In this document: piece after piece, positions 28,196 to 38,535 of the stretch
How positions within the stretch are numbered: the stretch's first letter is position 1
How the letters are laid out: every line of letters begins with the position of its first letter
NCBI GenBank assembly: GCA_966128725.1
Contig: CBHYLN010000005.1
Location: 6,576-70,575 of the forward strand
Length of the DNA stretch: 64,000 nucleotides
DNA from: an uncultured bacterium
GTDB taxonomy: Bacteria > Bacteroidota > Ignavibacteria > OLB7
Reading direction: 5' to 3'
Notes under the pieces: model-generated
Database searches by the model: none
Told to the model about the DNA's origin: nothing
What the model saw: the letters and a program-made list of their open reading frames with translations, nothing else
Translations under genes and position numbers: made by a program

Positions 28196-29455
28196 TTACG
28201 TTTCCAACCGCCATGATCCATGTACCAACGCCACGCCATGGGATATAGGTGGTACCTCGCCCGATCCATAAAAATCGCCGCCGATTACGTTCAGTTCCAC
28301 AGCATCGGGCACGGCATCCAGATAAGCATCGTCGAGGATAACGCTTATACCAATCCGATACGTAGAGGGTGGAAGCGGCAGATCCGGAATCCGCAGAACA
28401 AAGGAACCACGCGATGGCAAAGCGCCAAATTCTTCCTTGGTCAGTCGGTTGTGATGAAGGAACACCGGCACATCCATCGGTGTAGAGAACAGTGCGCTTA
28501 CGATAGCGCCCCGCAAGTTTTCAGTCCCTTCAAAGTGGAATACAAGTTCCACATCCTGACCGCACAGCGCGGACTCGATAGGATTGCCTGAAATTGAGTC
28601 GCGCAATTCAATCTCCGTGATGCGAACTCTTCCATCACCCCGTCGATTTGTCCGTTCTCGTAGCGATATGCTTGCATCCGACAACCCCGTCAGGTACCGC
28701 GCGATCGTCTCGGTCTGGCTGCCGATGAATTCAACGCCGCCATGATTCAGCAGCACCCCTCGGGTACACAGGTTCTCCACGGCGGCCATGTTGTGGCTCA
28801 CGAACAACACGGTGCGTCCCTCGCGCGCAACATCGCCCATCTTTCCCAGACACTTCTTCTGGAACGCGGCATCGCCAACGGCGAGCACTTCGTCAACCAG
28901 CATGATCTCCGGTTCCAGATGCGCCGCCACCGCGAACGCCAGCCGCACATACATGCCGCTCGAATACCGCTTCACCGGAGTATCGATGAACTTCTCGACC
29001 TCGGCAAACGCCACGATCTCATCGAACTTGCGCACGATCTCGGCGCGGCGCATGCCAAGGATCGCGCCGTTAAGGAAGATGTTCTCGCGCCCGGTCAGCT
29101 CCGGATGAAATCCGGTGCCCACCTCCAGCAACGACCCCACGCGCCCGTTGATTTCCGCGCGCCCCTCGGTTGGCTCGGTGATACGCGAAAGGATCTTCAG
29201 CAACGTGCTCTTGCCTGCGCCGTTGCGCCCCACAACGCCCATGATGTCGCCGCGCCGAACCTCGAACGAAACGTTCCGCAATGCCCACAGGATCTCGGCC
29301 TCGCCCGCGCCGGGGTTATCGCCACGCCTGCGGAACATGCGCGCCGGCGCCGACAGCACATCGGTAATGGTATCGCGCAATGCACGATACTTCTCCCGCC
29401 GCCCAAGCCGGTAGCGCTTGCCAAGCCCCTCTATTCTGATTGCTGCGTCGCTCAT
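28196..29455 (-). CDS. wzt: O-antigen/teichoic-type ABC exporter ATPase with a C-terminal extension
   Basis: Start at MSDAAIRIEGLGKRY. Walker A is 'GRNGAGKSTLLK', the signature is 'YSSGMYVRLAFAVA' and Walker B is 'IMLVDEVLAVGD'. About 160 extra C-terminal residues follow (Wzt-C-like). Confidence 0.9.
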   Translation of the reverse strand: MSDAAIRIEGLGKRYRLGRREKYRALRDTITDVLSAPARMFRRRGDNPGAGEAEILWALRNVSFEVRRGDIMGVVGRNGAGKSTLLKILSRITEPTEGRAEINGRVGSLLEVGTGFHPELTGRENIFLNGAILGMRRAEIVRKFDEIVAFAEVEKFIDTPVKRYSSGMYVRLAFAVAAHLEPEIMLVDEVLAVGDAAFQKKCLGKMGDVAREGRTVLFVSHNMAAVENLCTRGVLLNHGGVEFIGSQTETIARYLTGLSDASISLRERTNRRGDGRVRITEIELRDSISGNPIESALCGQDVELVFHFEGTENLRGAIVSALFSTPMDVPVFLHHNRLTKEEFGALPSRGSFVLRIPDLPLPPSTYRIGISVILDDAYLDAVPDAVELNVIGGDFYGSGEVPPISHGVALVHGSWRLET

Positions 29456-29460
29456 GCTGC

Positions 29461-30357
29461 TCACACCACGTCGGCAAAGGTTCTCTCCATCCTGCGGAAG
29501 TAGGCCAATCCGCCTATCAGCAGCAGCACAACAACAACGGACGAAACGATAATCGTGGGCGCCTCGGCGCCCGAGCGCCCAAGCAGCGCCCAACGGAACC
29601 CTTCCACCACGCCGGCCATGGGGTTCAGGCCGTACAGCGCCCGCCATTGCTCCGGCACGATGCTGCTTGGATAGGCAATGGGCGTGATAAACAACCAGAA
29701 CTGCGTGAGGAACGGGATTGTGTAGCGCACGTCGCGATACTGCACGTTAAGCGCCGAAAGCCACAGCCCCACCGCAAGCGCTGTCACCACCGCAAGCAAC
29801 ACGAACAGCGGAAGCGCCACGATGGCCACGGTGGGCACGATGCCGAAGTACAGCATCATCGCAATAAGCACCACAAAGGCAATCGCGAAATCAACCAGGC
29901 CGGCCAACACGCCCGCAATGGGGATCGCGAGCCTTGGGAAGTAGACCTTGGTGACCAGTCGCTCGTTGGAAACCAGGCTGTTGCTGGATTCGTTGAGCGC
30001 GAACGCGAAAAGCTGCCACGGGATCAGCGCGCAGAACGTAAACACCGGATACGGGATACCGTCGGAGGGCACCTTGGCGAGTTTGCCGAAGAACAGGCTG
30101 AACACCACCATGGTGAAGAACGGCTGGATGATGGCCCACCCGGCCCCCAGCGCGGTCTGCTTGTAGCGCACTTTGATATCGCGCCATACAAGGAAGTAGA
30201 CAAGTTCCCGGTAGTCCCACAGCTCGCGCAGCTTCAGCGCAACCCAGCCCTGCGTTGGCTCGATCACCACCACATGGCCGCGCCCGGCGTGGTCATCCGC
30301 CCCGGCAACCGCGACATCATGCCCGTGCACGGCGCTCACCTCTGGATCAACGCTCAT
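29461..30357 (-). CDS. wzm: ABC-2 type polysaccharide exporter permease
   Basis: 'LWDYRELVYFLVWRDIKVRYKQTALGAGWAIIQPF' followed by 6 hydrophobic segments. The ATG at 30357 forms an ATGA overlap with the fcl stop. Confidence 0.85.
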   Translation of the reverse strand: MSVDPEVSAVHGHDVAVAGADDHAGRGHVVVIEPTQGWVALKLRELWDYRELVYFLVWRDIKVRYKQTALGAGWAIIQPFFTMVVFSLFFGKLAKVPSDGIPYPVFTFCALIPWQLFAFALNESSNSLVSNERLVTKVYFPRLAIPIAGVLAGLVDFAIAFVVLIAMMLYFGIVPTVAIVALPLFVLLAVVTALAVGLWLSALNVQYRDVRYTIPFLTQFWLFITPIAYPSSIVPEQWRALYGLNPMAGVVEGFRWALLGRSGAEAPTIIVSSVVVVLLLIGGLAYFRRMERTFADVV

Positions 30358-31442
30358 CCGGCCTCCTGGCGCATCAGGGCGCCCGTCCGCTGGCGGTACC
30401 ACCGCACCGCGCGCGCGATGCCCGGGCGCAGTTCGATCGACGCACGCCAACCCAGCGCCGCCATGCGCGACACATCCATCAGCTTGCGCGGGGTTCCGTC
30501 GGGCTTGGTGGCATCGAAGGCCGTGGCGCCGTCGTAGCCTACCTCGGCGGCAACCAGCGCGGCCAGTTCGGCAATCGAGGAATCGTGCCCAACACCAACG
30601 TTCACGAACTCGCCAAGCTCGGCGTGGGTGTAGCGCTCCATCAGAAACAACGACGCCAGCGCAAGATCATCGGCGTGCAGGAACTCGCGCAACGGGGTCC
30701 CGGTGCCCCACAGCGTTACGCCTTCGGCGGTGATCCCCAGCCCCGCAAGCAACTCGCGGATCGCCGTTTCGGGCACGGCGCCGTTCGCGGCATCAAACCC
30801 AAAACCGATCGGGATCGCCATAAGGTCCCGACGCACCGCGTCAACATCGCCCAGCCGCAACAGCCGCGCCAGCTCGAACTTGCGGATCAGCGCCGGCAGC
30901 ACGTGCGCGGTCTCCAGGTTGAAGTTGTCGTTCTCGCCGTACAGGTTCGTGGGCATCACCGAAAGGAAATCCGTGCCGAACTGCTCGTTGTAATACCGGC
31001 ACAGCTTGATCGCCGCGATCTTGGCCACGGCATACGGTTCGTTGGTGGGCTCCAGCGGCCCGCCAAGCAGGTATTCCTCGCGCAGAGGCTGCGGCGCGAG
31101 CTTCGGGTAGATGCAGGAGGAGCCCAGGTTCAGCAGCTTGCGAACGCCAAATCGATACGAGGCGTCGATCACATTAAGCGCGATCGCCATGTTGTCGCGG
31201 ATGAACTCGGCACGGTAGGTGTTGTTGGCGACGATGCCGCCCACCCTGGCCGCCGCCAGGAACACGTACTCCGGCCGTTCGGCCGCGAAGAACGCCTCGG
31301 TTTCGGCCTGGCGTGTAAGGTCCAGCTCGTGGCGCGCGCGCGTCACGATGTTGGTGTAGCCGGCAGCGGTAAGCGCCCGGAGTATTGCCGAGCCAACCAT
31401 GCCGCGATGCCCGGCCACGAATATTGAGGAAGAACGGTCCAC
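30354..31442 (-). CDS. fcl: GDP-L-fucose synthase
   Basis: 'IFVAGHRGMVGSAI', 'LAAARVGGIVANNTYRAEFI' and 'LNLGSSCIYPK'. It is adjacent to gmd. Confidence 0.9.
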   Translation of the reverse strand: MDRSSSIFVAGHRGMVGSAILRALTAAGYTNIVTRARHELDLTRQAETEAFFAAERPEYVFLAAARVGGIVANNTYRAEFIRDNMAIALNVIDASYRFGVRKLLNLGSSCIYPKLAPQPLREEYLLGGPLEPTNEPYAVAKIAAIKLCRYYNEQFGTDFLSVMPTNLYGENDNFNLETAHVLPALIRKFELARLLRLGDVDAVRRDLMAIPIGFGFDAANGAVPETAIRELLAGLGITAEGVTLWGTGTPLREFLHADDLALASLFLMERYTHAELGEFVNVGVGHDSSIAELAALVAAEVGYDGATAFDATKPDGTPRKLMDVSRMAALGWRASIELRPGIARAVRWYRQRTGALMRQEAG

Positions 31443-31504
31443 GCTTCGGCCTGAAGTATCAACAGTAAGTGAGATATGCCCGCGCTGCGATGCGGGGCAA
31501 TGCG

Positions 31505-32521
31505 TCAGTGTTCCCGTTCGGTTGCTATGCGCCCGCTGAGCCGGCGATCCAGCAGTTCGATATCGGCATCAACCATGATGCGCACCAGTTCCTTGAAACG
31601 CACCTTCGGCTCCCAGCCAAGCTGGTTCTTCGCCTTCGAGGCGTCGCCGATCAGCAGATCCACCTCGGCCGGCCGGAAGTACTTGGGGTCGATCTCAACA
31701 TGAGCCTGCCAGTCGAGCCCCGCATGCTCGAACGCCTCCACCAGGAACTCGCGCACGGTGTGGGTTTCGCCCGTGGCTATCACATAGTCATCCGGCTGCG
31801 GCTGCTGCATCATCAGCCACATGGCCTCAACGTAATCGGGCGCGTATCCCCAGTCGCGCCGCGCATCGAGATTGCCCAGGTACAGCTTCGATTCCAGGCC
31901 GGCGCGGATGCGGGCAATCGCCCGGGTGATCTTGCGCGTAACAAACGTCTCGCCGCGACGCGGGCTTTCGTGGTTGAACAGGATGCCGTTGCAGGCATAC
32001 ATGCCGTAGCTCTCGCGATAGTTCCGCGTGATCCAGTAGCCGTACACCTTGGCGCAACCGTACGGCGAGCGCGGATAAAACGGCGTCTCCTCGTTCTGCG
32101 GCACGGCCTGCACCATCCCGTACATCTCGCTGGACGAAGCCTGATAAAATCGGGTCTCGATGCCGGTGTCGCGGATCGCCTCCAGCAGGCGCACAACGCC
32201 AAGGCCGGTGATGTCGCCGGTGTATTCGGCGATATCGAACGACACACGCACATGGCTTTGCGCGGCAAGGTTGTAGATCTCGTTGGGCTGCACGTCGCGC
32301 AGCACCCGGTTGATCGAGGAGGGATCGTTCAGGTCACCGTAGATCAGCTTCAGGCGCGCGCCGTGTTCGTGCGGATCCTGATAGATGTGATCGATCCGCC
32401 CGGTGTTGAACGAACTCGAACGGCGGATGATGCCGTACACCTCGTATCCCTTGCGTAGAAGGAATTCCGCCAGGTACGATCCGTCCTGACCGGTAATGCC
32501 GGTAACCAGAGCACGCTGCAT
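31505..32521 (-). CDS. gmd: GDP-mannose 4,6-dehydratase
   Basis: '[44 protein letters not shown]' is near-canonical Gmd. Confidence 0.95.
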   Translation of the reverse strand: MQRALVTGITGQDGSYLAEFLLRKGYEVYGIIRRSSSFNTGRIDHIYQDPHEHGARLKLIYGDLNDPSSINRVLRDVQPNEIYNLAAQSHVRVSFDIAEYTGDITGLGVVRLLEAIRDTGIETRFYQASSSEMYGMVQAVPQNEETPFYPRSPYGCAKVYGYWITRNYRESYGMYACNGILFNHESPRRGETFVTRKITRAIARIRAGLESKLYLGNLDARRDWGYAPDYVEAMWLMMQQPQPDDYVIATGETHTVREFLVEAFEHAGLDWQAHVEIDPKYFRPAEVDLLIGDASKAKNQLGWEPKVRFKELVRIMVDADIELLDRRLSGRIATEREH

Positions 32522-32639
32522 GGATTATGACGAGCGAATGACGAAGGAGCGAGGCGCACGGGGATACCGCCTCGCGTACCGATTGAGGGCAATCCGAAAC
32601 GCCACTATCCCATGGCGTTCGCGGAATACATGTGGGGGA

Positions 32640-33653
32640 TCATTGCCGGGCCGCGTACCACCGCACGGTTTCGCGCAGCCCGTCCTCGAACGATGTCGCG
32701 GGGGCCCAACCCAGCTCGCGATCGATCTTCGACGGATCAACCGCGTAACGGGCATCATGGCCCGGCCGGTCGGCAACAAACGTGATCAGCGTTGCATAGC
32801 TGCCTTCGGGTCCGGCGCCAACCTCTTCATCAAGCAGGCGGCAGATCGTACGAACCAGATCGAGATTTCGCCACTCGTTGCGGCCGCCGATCAGGTAGGT
32901 TTCGCCCGCGCGCCCGGTACGGAACACACGGTCGAGCGCTTGGCAGTGGTCGCCAACGTACAGCCAGTCGCGCACGTTGGCGCCGGCGCCGTACACGGGG
33001 ATCGGCCGCCCGGCCAGCGCCGAGCCGATCACCGTCGGGATCAGCTTCTCGCGATGCTGCCGCGGGCCGTAGTTGTTCGAGCAGTTCGTGGTTACCACGT
33101 CCATCCCGTACGTATGATGCCACGCGCGCACAAGATGATCGCTGCCGGCCTTCGACGCCGAGTACGGGCTGTTCGGCTCGTAGCGGCTTTCCTCAACAAA
33201 GGCGCCCTCGGGGCCAAGCGAACCGTAGACCTCGTCGGTGGAGACATGCAGAAACCGGCCCGGCCCGCCGGCCCAGGCACGACGCGATTCCTCCAGCAGG
33301 TTGAACGTGCCAAGCACATTGGTCAGCACGAACTGCTCGGGACCCCGGATGCTGTTGTCCACATGCGATTCGGCCGCCAGATGGAAAATGCCGTCGGGCC
33401 GCACCTCGGCAATCAGATTGCGCACGGCCTCGCGATCGGTGATGTCCGTTTTGCTGAAGCTGTACCGGGGCTCGCTCTCAAGCCCTGCAAGGTTTGCCGG
33501 ATCGGCGGCATAGGTAAGCGAGTCAACGTTGACAACCTCCCAACCCGGATGCTCGCGCAGAAGATGATGCACCAGGTTCGAACCGATAAAACCGCAACCA
33601 CCCGTCACAAGCACGCGGCGCGGCGCATCTTCGGCTGCATTCTCATGCAACAT
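32640..33653 (-). CDS. rfbB: dTDP-glucose 4,6-dehydratase
   Basis: 'VLVTGGCGFIGSN', 'HLAAESHVDNSI' and 'YSASKAGSDHLVRAWHHTYG'. The start ATG at 33653 overlaps the upstream gene by 11 nt. Confidence 0.9.
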   Translation of the reverse strand: MLHENAAEDAPRRVLVTGGCGFIGSNLVHHLLREHPGWEVVNVDSLTYAADPANLAGLESEPRYSFSKTDITDREAVRNLIAEVRPDGIFHLAAESHVDNSIRGPEQFVLTNVLGTFNLLEESRRAWAGGPGRFLHVSTDEVYGSLGPEGAFVEESRYEPNSPYSASKAGSDHLVRAWHHTYGMDVVTTNCSNNYGPRQHREKLIPTVIGSALAGRPIPVYGAGANVRDWLYVGDHCQALDRVFRTGRAGETYLIGGRNEWRNLDLVRTICRLLDEEVGAGPEGSYATLITFVADRPGHDARYAVDPSKIDRELGWAPATSFEDGLRETVRWYAARQ

Positions 33654-34614
33654 TCGCACCTCCGCTTGGGGCTGTGTCCGGGTACTGCTCGCGCGCCCAC
33701 GCAATCGTGCGCAGTATGCCCTCATCGAAACTCACATGCGGAGTATATCCGGTAACGGCCTGGAATTTCTCGATCGACGCGAACGAGTGCCGCACATCGC
33801 CCAGCCGCGATTCGGTATGCACGGGTTCGATGCTGCTGCCCAGCGCACGCTTCAACGAATCCACAAGCTGGTTCAGCGTGGTGCGATCGTGGCAGGCAAC
33901 GTTGAACACCTCGCCGGCCACGCCGGCCGCCGTTGTGGCCGCCAGAAGATTTGCCCGCACAACGTTGTCCACGTATGTAAAATCGCGCGACTGCTCGCCG
34001 TCGCCGTGGATGGTGGGCGGCACGCCACGCCGGATCATGTCCACGAACCGGGGGATCACCGCCGAGTACAGACTGTTGGGATCCTGCCGGGGACCGAAAA
34101 CATTAAAGTACCGCAGCGCAACGGTCTCAAGGCCATACAGCCGGAAGAACACCTGGCAGTAATGCTCGCCGGAAAGCTTGGATACGGCGTACGGCGACAA
34201 CGGCGTGGGCGTCATCGCCTCGAACTTCGGCAGTTCCTGCGTGTTGCCGTACACCGAGGAACTGCTGGCAAACACCACGCGCCCAACGCCGCAATCGCGC
34301 GAGGCCTGAAGCACGTTCAACGTACCGTTAACGCCTACTTCGTGCGTGGTGATTGGGTCCTTGATCGATCTGGGCACCGATGGCAGCGCCGCCTGGTGGA
34401 ACACCACATCCACGCCGTCAACGGCCTCGCGCACAAGGTGATACGATCGGATGTCGCCCTCGATCAGCTCGATCACGTCGGCCAGATCGCGAAGGTTCTC
34501 GCGTTTGCCCGTGGAGAAGTTATCCAGCACGCGCACGGTATCGCCGCGTTCCAGCAGCCCGCGCACCAGATTTGTTCCGATGAATCCGGCACCGCCGGTT
34601 ACCAAACACTTCAT
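33643..34614 (-). CDS. NAD-dependent sugar-nucleotide 4-epimerase (WbpP/TviC-like)
   Basis: 'MKCLVTGGAGFIGTNL', 'FHQAALPSVPRSIKDP' and 'YAVSKLSGEHY'. Confidence 0.85.
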   Translation of the reverse strand: MKCLVTGGAGFIGTNLVRGLLERGDTVRVLDNFSTGKRENLRDLADVIELIEGDIRSYHLVREAVDGVDVVFHQAALPSVPRSIKDPITTHEVGVNGTLNVLQASRDCGVGRVVFASSSSVYGNTQELPKFEAMTPTPLSPYAVSKLSGEHYCQVFFRLYGLETVALRYFNVFGPRQDPNSLYSAVIPRFVDMIRRGVPPTIHGDGEQSRDFTYVDNVVRANLLAATTAAGVAGEVFNVACHDRTTLNQLVDSLKRALGSSIEPVHTESRLGDVRHSFASIEKFQAVTGYTPHVSFDEGILRTIAWAREQYPDTAPSGGANVA

Positions 34615-35744
34615 CAGACTATCCCGGATTGCTCGTGAACCGCGGCCACCACCTCACGCACGGCCGCGGCGGTGTAGCGTACCATCTCCTCGGTAAGCTC
34701 GGCGTACATCGGCAACGAGAGCAGGCTCCCCATCTGCCCGCATGCAACGGGGAACTGATCGGCGGTGTAGCCCAGATGCGCGTATGCCTCGCACACCGGC
34801 AGCGCTATCGGATAATGTATGGCCGTGGCCACGCCGCGCGCGGCCAGCTCACGGATAACCGCTTCGCGCTCGGCAACGCGCACAACATACAGATGGTACA
34901 CCGGCGTGGCGTAGTCGGCAACGGCAGGGACCGCAAGGCCCTCAACGTCGGCCAGCAACGTATCGTACAACGATGCAACGGCCCTGCGCCCGGCGTTCCA
35001 GGTATCCAGATGCCGGAGCTTTACCGACAGCACCGCGGCCTGCAGGCCGTCCAGCCGGCTGTTGCGCCCTTCGACGGTGTGCTGATACTTCACAAGGCTG
35101 CCATGATTGGCGTAGGTGCGCGCAACCAGGGCGGCATCGGGATCGGCGAACGTGATGCCGCCGGCGTCGCCGTAGGCGCCAAGGTTTTTCCCCGGATAGA
35201 AGCTGTAGGTGGCGGCGTCGCCGAAGGTGCCAACACGCTGGCCCCGATAATACGCGCCGTGCGCCTGCGATGTATCCTCGATCACCCGCAGGCCGTGCTC
35301 GCGGGCAATCCGCATGATCGGGTCCATATCGGCCGGATGGCCGTACAGATGCACCGGGATCACCGCGCGCGTGCGCGGCGTGATGCATCGCCGGAACTGC
35401 TCGGGATCCAGCGTGTAATGGTTGGGCTCGCTGTCGGCAAACACCACGCGGGCGCCGGCGCAGGTAACCGCCTCCGACGTCGCGATAAACGTATTGGCCG
35501 GCACGATCACCTCGTCGCCGGGGCCGATGCCGAACGCGCGCAGGGCTATCTCGATTGCGTCGGTACCATTGGCAACGGCCACGCAATGCGGATGCCCGGT
35601 ATAGGCCGCGAACTGCTCCTCGAACTCGGCCACCGCGCGGCCGCCAATAAACGCCGTGTTTGCAATGATCTGCTCGATCGCGGGATCAATCTCGGCCTTG
35701 ATGCTCGCGTACTGAGCCCTGAGGTCAACAAATGGGATCTGCAT
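34614..35744 (-). CDS. DegT/DnrJ/EryC1-family sugar aminotransferase
   Basis: 'IPFVDLRAQYASIKAEID', 'VANGTDAIEIAL' and 'YSFYPGKNLGAYGDAG'. Confidence 0.9.
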   Translation of the reverse strand: MQIPFVDLRAQYASIKAEIDPAIEQIIANTAFIGGRAVAEFEEQFAAYTGHPHCVAVANGTDAIEIALRAFGIGPGDEVIVPANTFIATSEAVTCAGARVVFADSEPNHYTLDPEQFRRCITPRTRAVIPVHLYGHPADMDPIMRIAREHGLRVIEDTSQAHGAYYRGQRVGTFGDAATYSFYPGKNLGAYGDAGGITFADPDAALVARTYANHGSLVKYQHTVEGRNSRLDGLQAAVLSVKLRHLDTWNAGRRAVASLYDTLLADVEGLAVPAVADYATPVYHLYVVRVAEREAVIRELAARGVATAIHYPIALPVCEAYAHLGYTADQFPVACGQMGSLLSLPMYAELTEEMVRYTAAAVREVVAAVHEQSGIV

Positions 35745-35817
35745 ATTCTCCGGAATAAGAGTGCCGAGCGAATTCCGCGTCGGCGCCGTAAGATATCAAT
35801 CAATCGCCATGCCGGTG

Positions 35818-37269
35818 TTACTCGCCGCCGGCGATCACGATGGCGTTATCGTGCAGCCGGACCCGATGGCCGCCGCTCAGCGATCCGCGCAACGCGAACG
35901 CCACGCAGCCAAGGCCGGCAATGGGCAGATAAAACGGCACGATGGGAAGCTTGAACCGCATCAGCCCGGCCGCGCCGATCATCACCGAGTACAGGGCAAC
36001 GAACAGCAGCAACGGAACAAAGGCCCCGCGAAAACGATCGCGGCGAAGTATCCACAGGCCATACAGCACCATCGCATACTGCACGATGTGTACCAGCGTG
36101 TTGGCAACCATCACCAGGCGTTCCATGAAGGACTTCTCGCGCACCATCTGCGCCACACCCCTTACCATCCCGCGCTCGGCCATCGCATCCTTCAGATCAG
36201 TCTGGCCAACGTCAAGGCCCATCAACAGCGCGTACGAACCGCTCCCCGAGTTGGTGAACATCTGCACCAGCCCAAGGCCCGTTGCCCACAGAAACCAGCC
36301 CGGATGCTGCCCCAGATAATCAAGCGCAATCGGGCCAAGCTTCTGATGCTGACGGTACAGATTGTCGCGCGGCTCCTGCAGCTCGGCATCGCCAACCCCC
36401 TGCATCCGCTTGATGTTCGCGATTGCCTGCTGCGCCCCGACACCCGAACGGAGCGACTCGGTGGAAACCGCGTACAGGTAGAACAGGTTCAACGAGCCGG
36501 AGGACGACAGGCCGAACTCACCGTACTGCTGATGGTTGTGGATTACCCACGGCGTAAGCACCGCAACAAAAATCCCGGTGGCGGCTATCGTGATGCCAAT
36601 GGCTTGCAGGATGCGCTTGCGCTGATTCCAGAAGATCAGCAGCACGTACAGCGGCATGAAGTACAGCGCCAGCGGCCGTGTAAGCGCGGCAAAGCCAACG
36701 AACAAGGCCCCAAGCAGGTAGAACTGCAGCGACGAGCCCCATACACCCGCTGCAATGGCGCGTTGCAACGCAAGCGCGGCAAGCACCAGGAACAGGGTGA
36801 ACAAGGTGTCGCTCATCAACGTGTTGGTGTTCAGGATCGCAGCGGGATCGATGGCGTAGAACAGCGCCGCCACCAGCCCGCCTTCGGTGCCGATCATGCG
36901 CGAAGCGAACAGGAAGCAAAGCCATGTGATCACGGCATCCATCACGATCTGCACAAGCAGCACGGGCCAGGGGTGCGCGCCGCCTACCGCGTAGATCGCG
37001 GCAACGAAGCAGAGATATCCGGGCGTGCGGATCGGCTCCGGGTGAAAGCTGCCGTTGGTTGCCAGGTAGCTGCTCAGCGTGTGATACTGAAGGGCGTCGC
37101 TCTTGAGAATCGCGCGCTCGCACGATTCCGGTTGCCACGGAGCCGCCGCCACGAACAGCGCCAACCGAAGCACACAGGCCAGCAGCACCACGTGTGCCGG
37201 GCGCACGCGTGCAATCAACCGCGCAAGGCGGCCTTCGGCCAGGTCGACCGCTGTGTGGGGATAATTCAT
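35818..37269 (-). CDS. GT-C-fold membrane glycosyltransferase (ArnT/PMT_2, GT39/83-like)
   Basis: 483 aa, polytopic. 'SDALQYHTLSSYLATNGSF...RTPGYLCFVAAIY' resembles the ArnT-family first loop. It is flanked by two aminotransferases. Confidence 0.7.
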   Translation of the reverse strand: MNYPHTAVDLAEGRLARLIARVRPAHVVLLACVLRLALFVAAAPWQPESCERAILKSDALQYHTLSSYLATNGSFHPEPIRTPGYLCFVAAIYAVGGAHPWPVLLVQIVMDAVITWLCFLFASRMIGTEGGLVAALFYAIDPAAILNTNTLMSDTLFTLFLVLAALALQRAIAAGVWGSSLQFYLLGALFVGFAALTRPLALYFMPLYVLLIFWNQRKRILQAIGITIAATGIFVAVLTPWVIHNHQQYGEFGLSSSGSLNLFYLYAVSTESLRSGVGAQQAIANIKRMQGVGDAELQEPRDNLYRQHQKLGPIALDYLGQHPGWFLWATGLGLVQMFTNSGSGSYALLMGLDVGQTDLKDAMAERGMVRGVAQMVREKSFMERLVMVANTLVHIVQYAMVLYGLWILRRDRFRGAFVPLLLFVALYSVMIGAAGLMRFKLPIVPFYLPIAGLGCVAFALRGSLSGGHRVRLHDNAIVIAGGE

Positions 37270-37344
37270 GATGGAACCAGTGCCAATGCTGAGACGATGT
37301 TCGGCAATTCCGTTCGGCTGGTTGTGGCATGCGCCACAGCAGCA

Positions 37345-38535
37345 TTACGCGCCGGTTGCCTGGGGCTGGACCGCACCGCAGAACTCGGCGATTGTGGACA
37401 CCACATATTCTATCTGCTCGCCGGTAAGCTCCGGATACACCGGCAACGCCAGCACTTCACTGGCAGCCTGTTCGGCAACCGGGAACTGCCCTTGCGCGTA
37501 GCCGAGATCGGCGAAGCACTCCTGAAGGTGGAATGGCACGGGGTAATACACCTCGTTGCCGATGCCACGCTCGGCCAGAAGCTCGCGCAGCTCGGCGCGA
37601 CGCTCCACCCTGATCACATACTGGTTGAAAATATGGTGGTTGGCCACGCCGCTTTGGGCGAACACCGAAGCCGGCGTCAGTACGCGATTATGCTCGTTGA
37701 AATTCGCGTGCCCGGGCCCCTGGCTAACCCCGTGCGCCTGGAACAGCGCATCGTAGCGCGCGGCATTCTCACGGCGGGCGGCGCTCCAGCCATCCAGGCG
37801 CGGCAACTTCACGTTCAACACCGCGGCCTGTATTTCATCAAGGCGAAAATTGCCGCCGATCACCGAATGGTAGTACCGCCGCTCGCCGCCATGCACACGC
37901 ATGATTTTCATCCGCTCGTACAACGCGGTGTCGTTGGTGGTCACCAGGCCGCCATCGCCAAAGGCGCCCAGATTCTTCGAGGGGAAGAAGCTGAAGCACC
38001 CGACCGTGCCGATACCGCCAACCGGACGGTTGTCGCTGTAACGCACGCCGATTGCCTGCGCGGCATCCTCCACCACGGCGATACCGTGCGCGCTGGCGAT
38101 GCGGAGAATCGGTTCCATCGCGGCGCTCTGGCCGTACAGGTGCACCGGCATGATAGCGCGCGTGCGGGGCGTGATCGCCGCCTCGATCGCGGCCGGATCG
38201 ATGTTCCAGGTGTCGGGCTCGATATCCACGAACACCGGACGCGCGCCGGTGCGGCACACGGTGCCCGCGGTGGCGAAGAAGCTGAACGTTGGCACGATCA
38301 CCTCATCGCCCGGGCCGATGTTCAGCGCCATCAGCGCAAGCAAGAGCGCATCGGTGCCGGAGCTTACGCCAAGCGCGTGCCGCACGTCGAGATATTCCTC
38401 CATCGAGCGCTCGAGCCGGGTAACCTCGGGACCGAGAATGAAGTACTGGCTTTCGGCCACACGCAGAACGGCTGCATCCAGTTCGTCCTTCATGGTCGCG
38501 TACTGGGCTTTCAGATCGAGCAATGGAACGGTCAT
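37345..38535 (-). CDS. DegT/DnrJ/EryC1-family sugar aminotransferase
   Basis: Start at [20 protein letters not shown], with '[12 protein letters not shown]' and '[16 protein letters not shown]'. The 100-codon N-terminal extension in the track ORF is Arg/Cys-rich and implausible. Confidence 0.9.
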   Translation of the reverse strand: MTVPLLDLKAQYATMKDELDAAVLRVAESQYFILGPEVTRLERSMEEYLDVRHALGVSSGTDALLLALMALNIGPGDEVIVPTFSFFATAGTVCRTGARPVFVDIEPDTWNIDPAAIEAAITPRTRAIMPVHLYGQSAAMEPILRIASAHGIAVVEDAAQAIGVRYSDNRPVGGIGTVGCFSFFPSKNLGAFGDGGLVTTNDTALYERMKIMRVHGGERRYYHSVIGGNFRLDEIQAAVLNVKLPRLDGWSAARRENAARYDALFQAHGVSQGPGHANFNEHNRVLTPASVFAQSGVANHHIFNQYVIRVERRAELRELLAERGIGNEVYYPVPFHLQECFADLGYAQGQFPVAEQAASEVLALPVYPELTGEQIEYVVSTIAEFCGAVQPQATGA

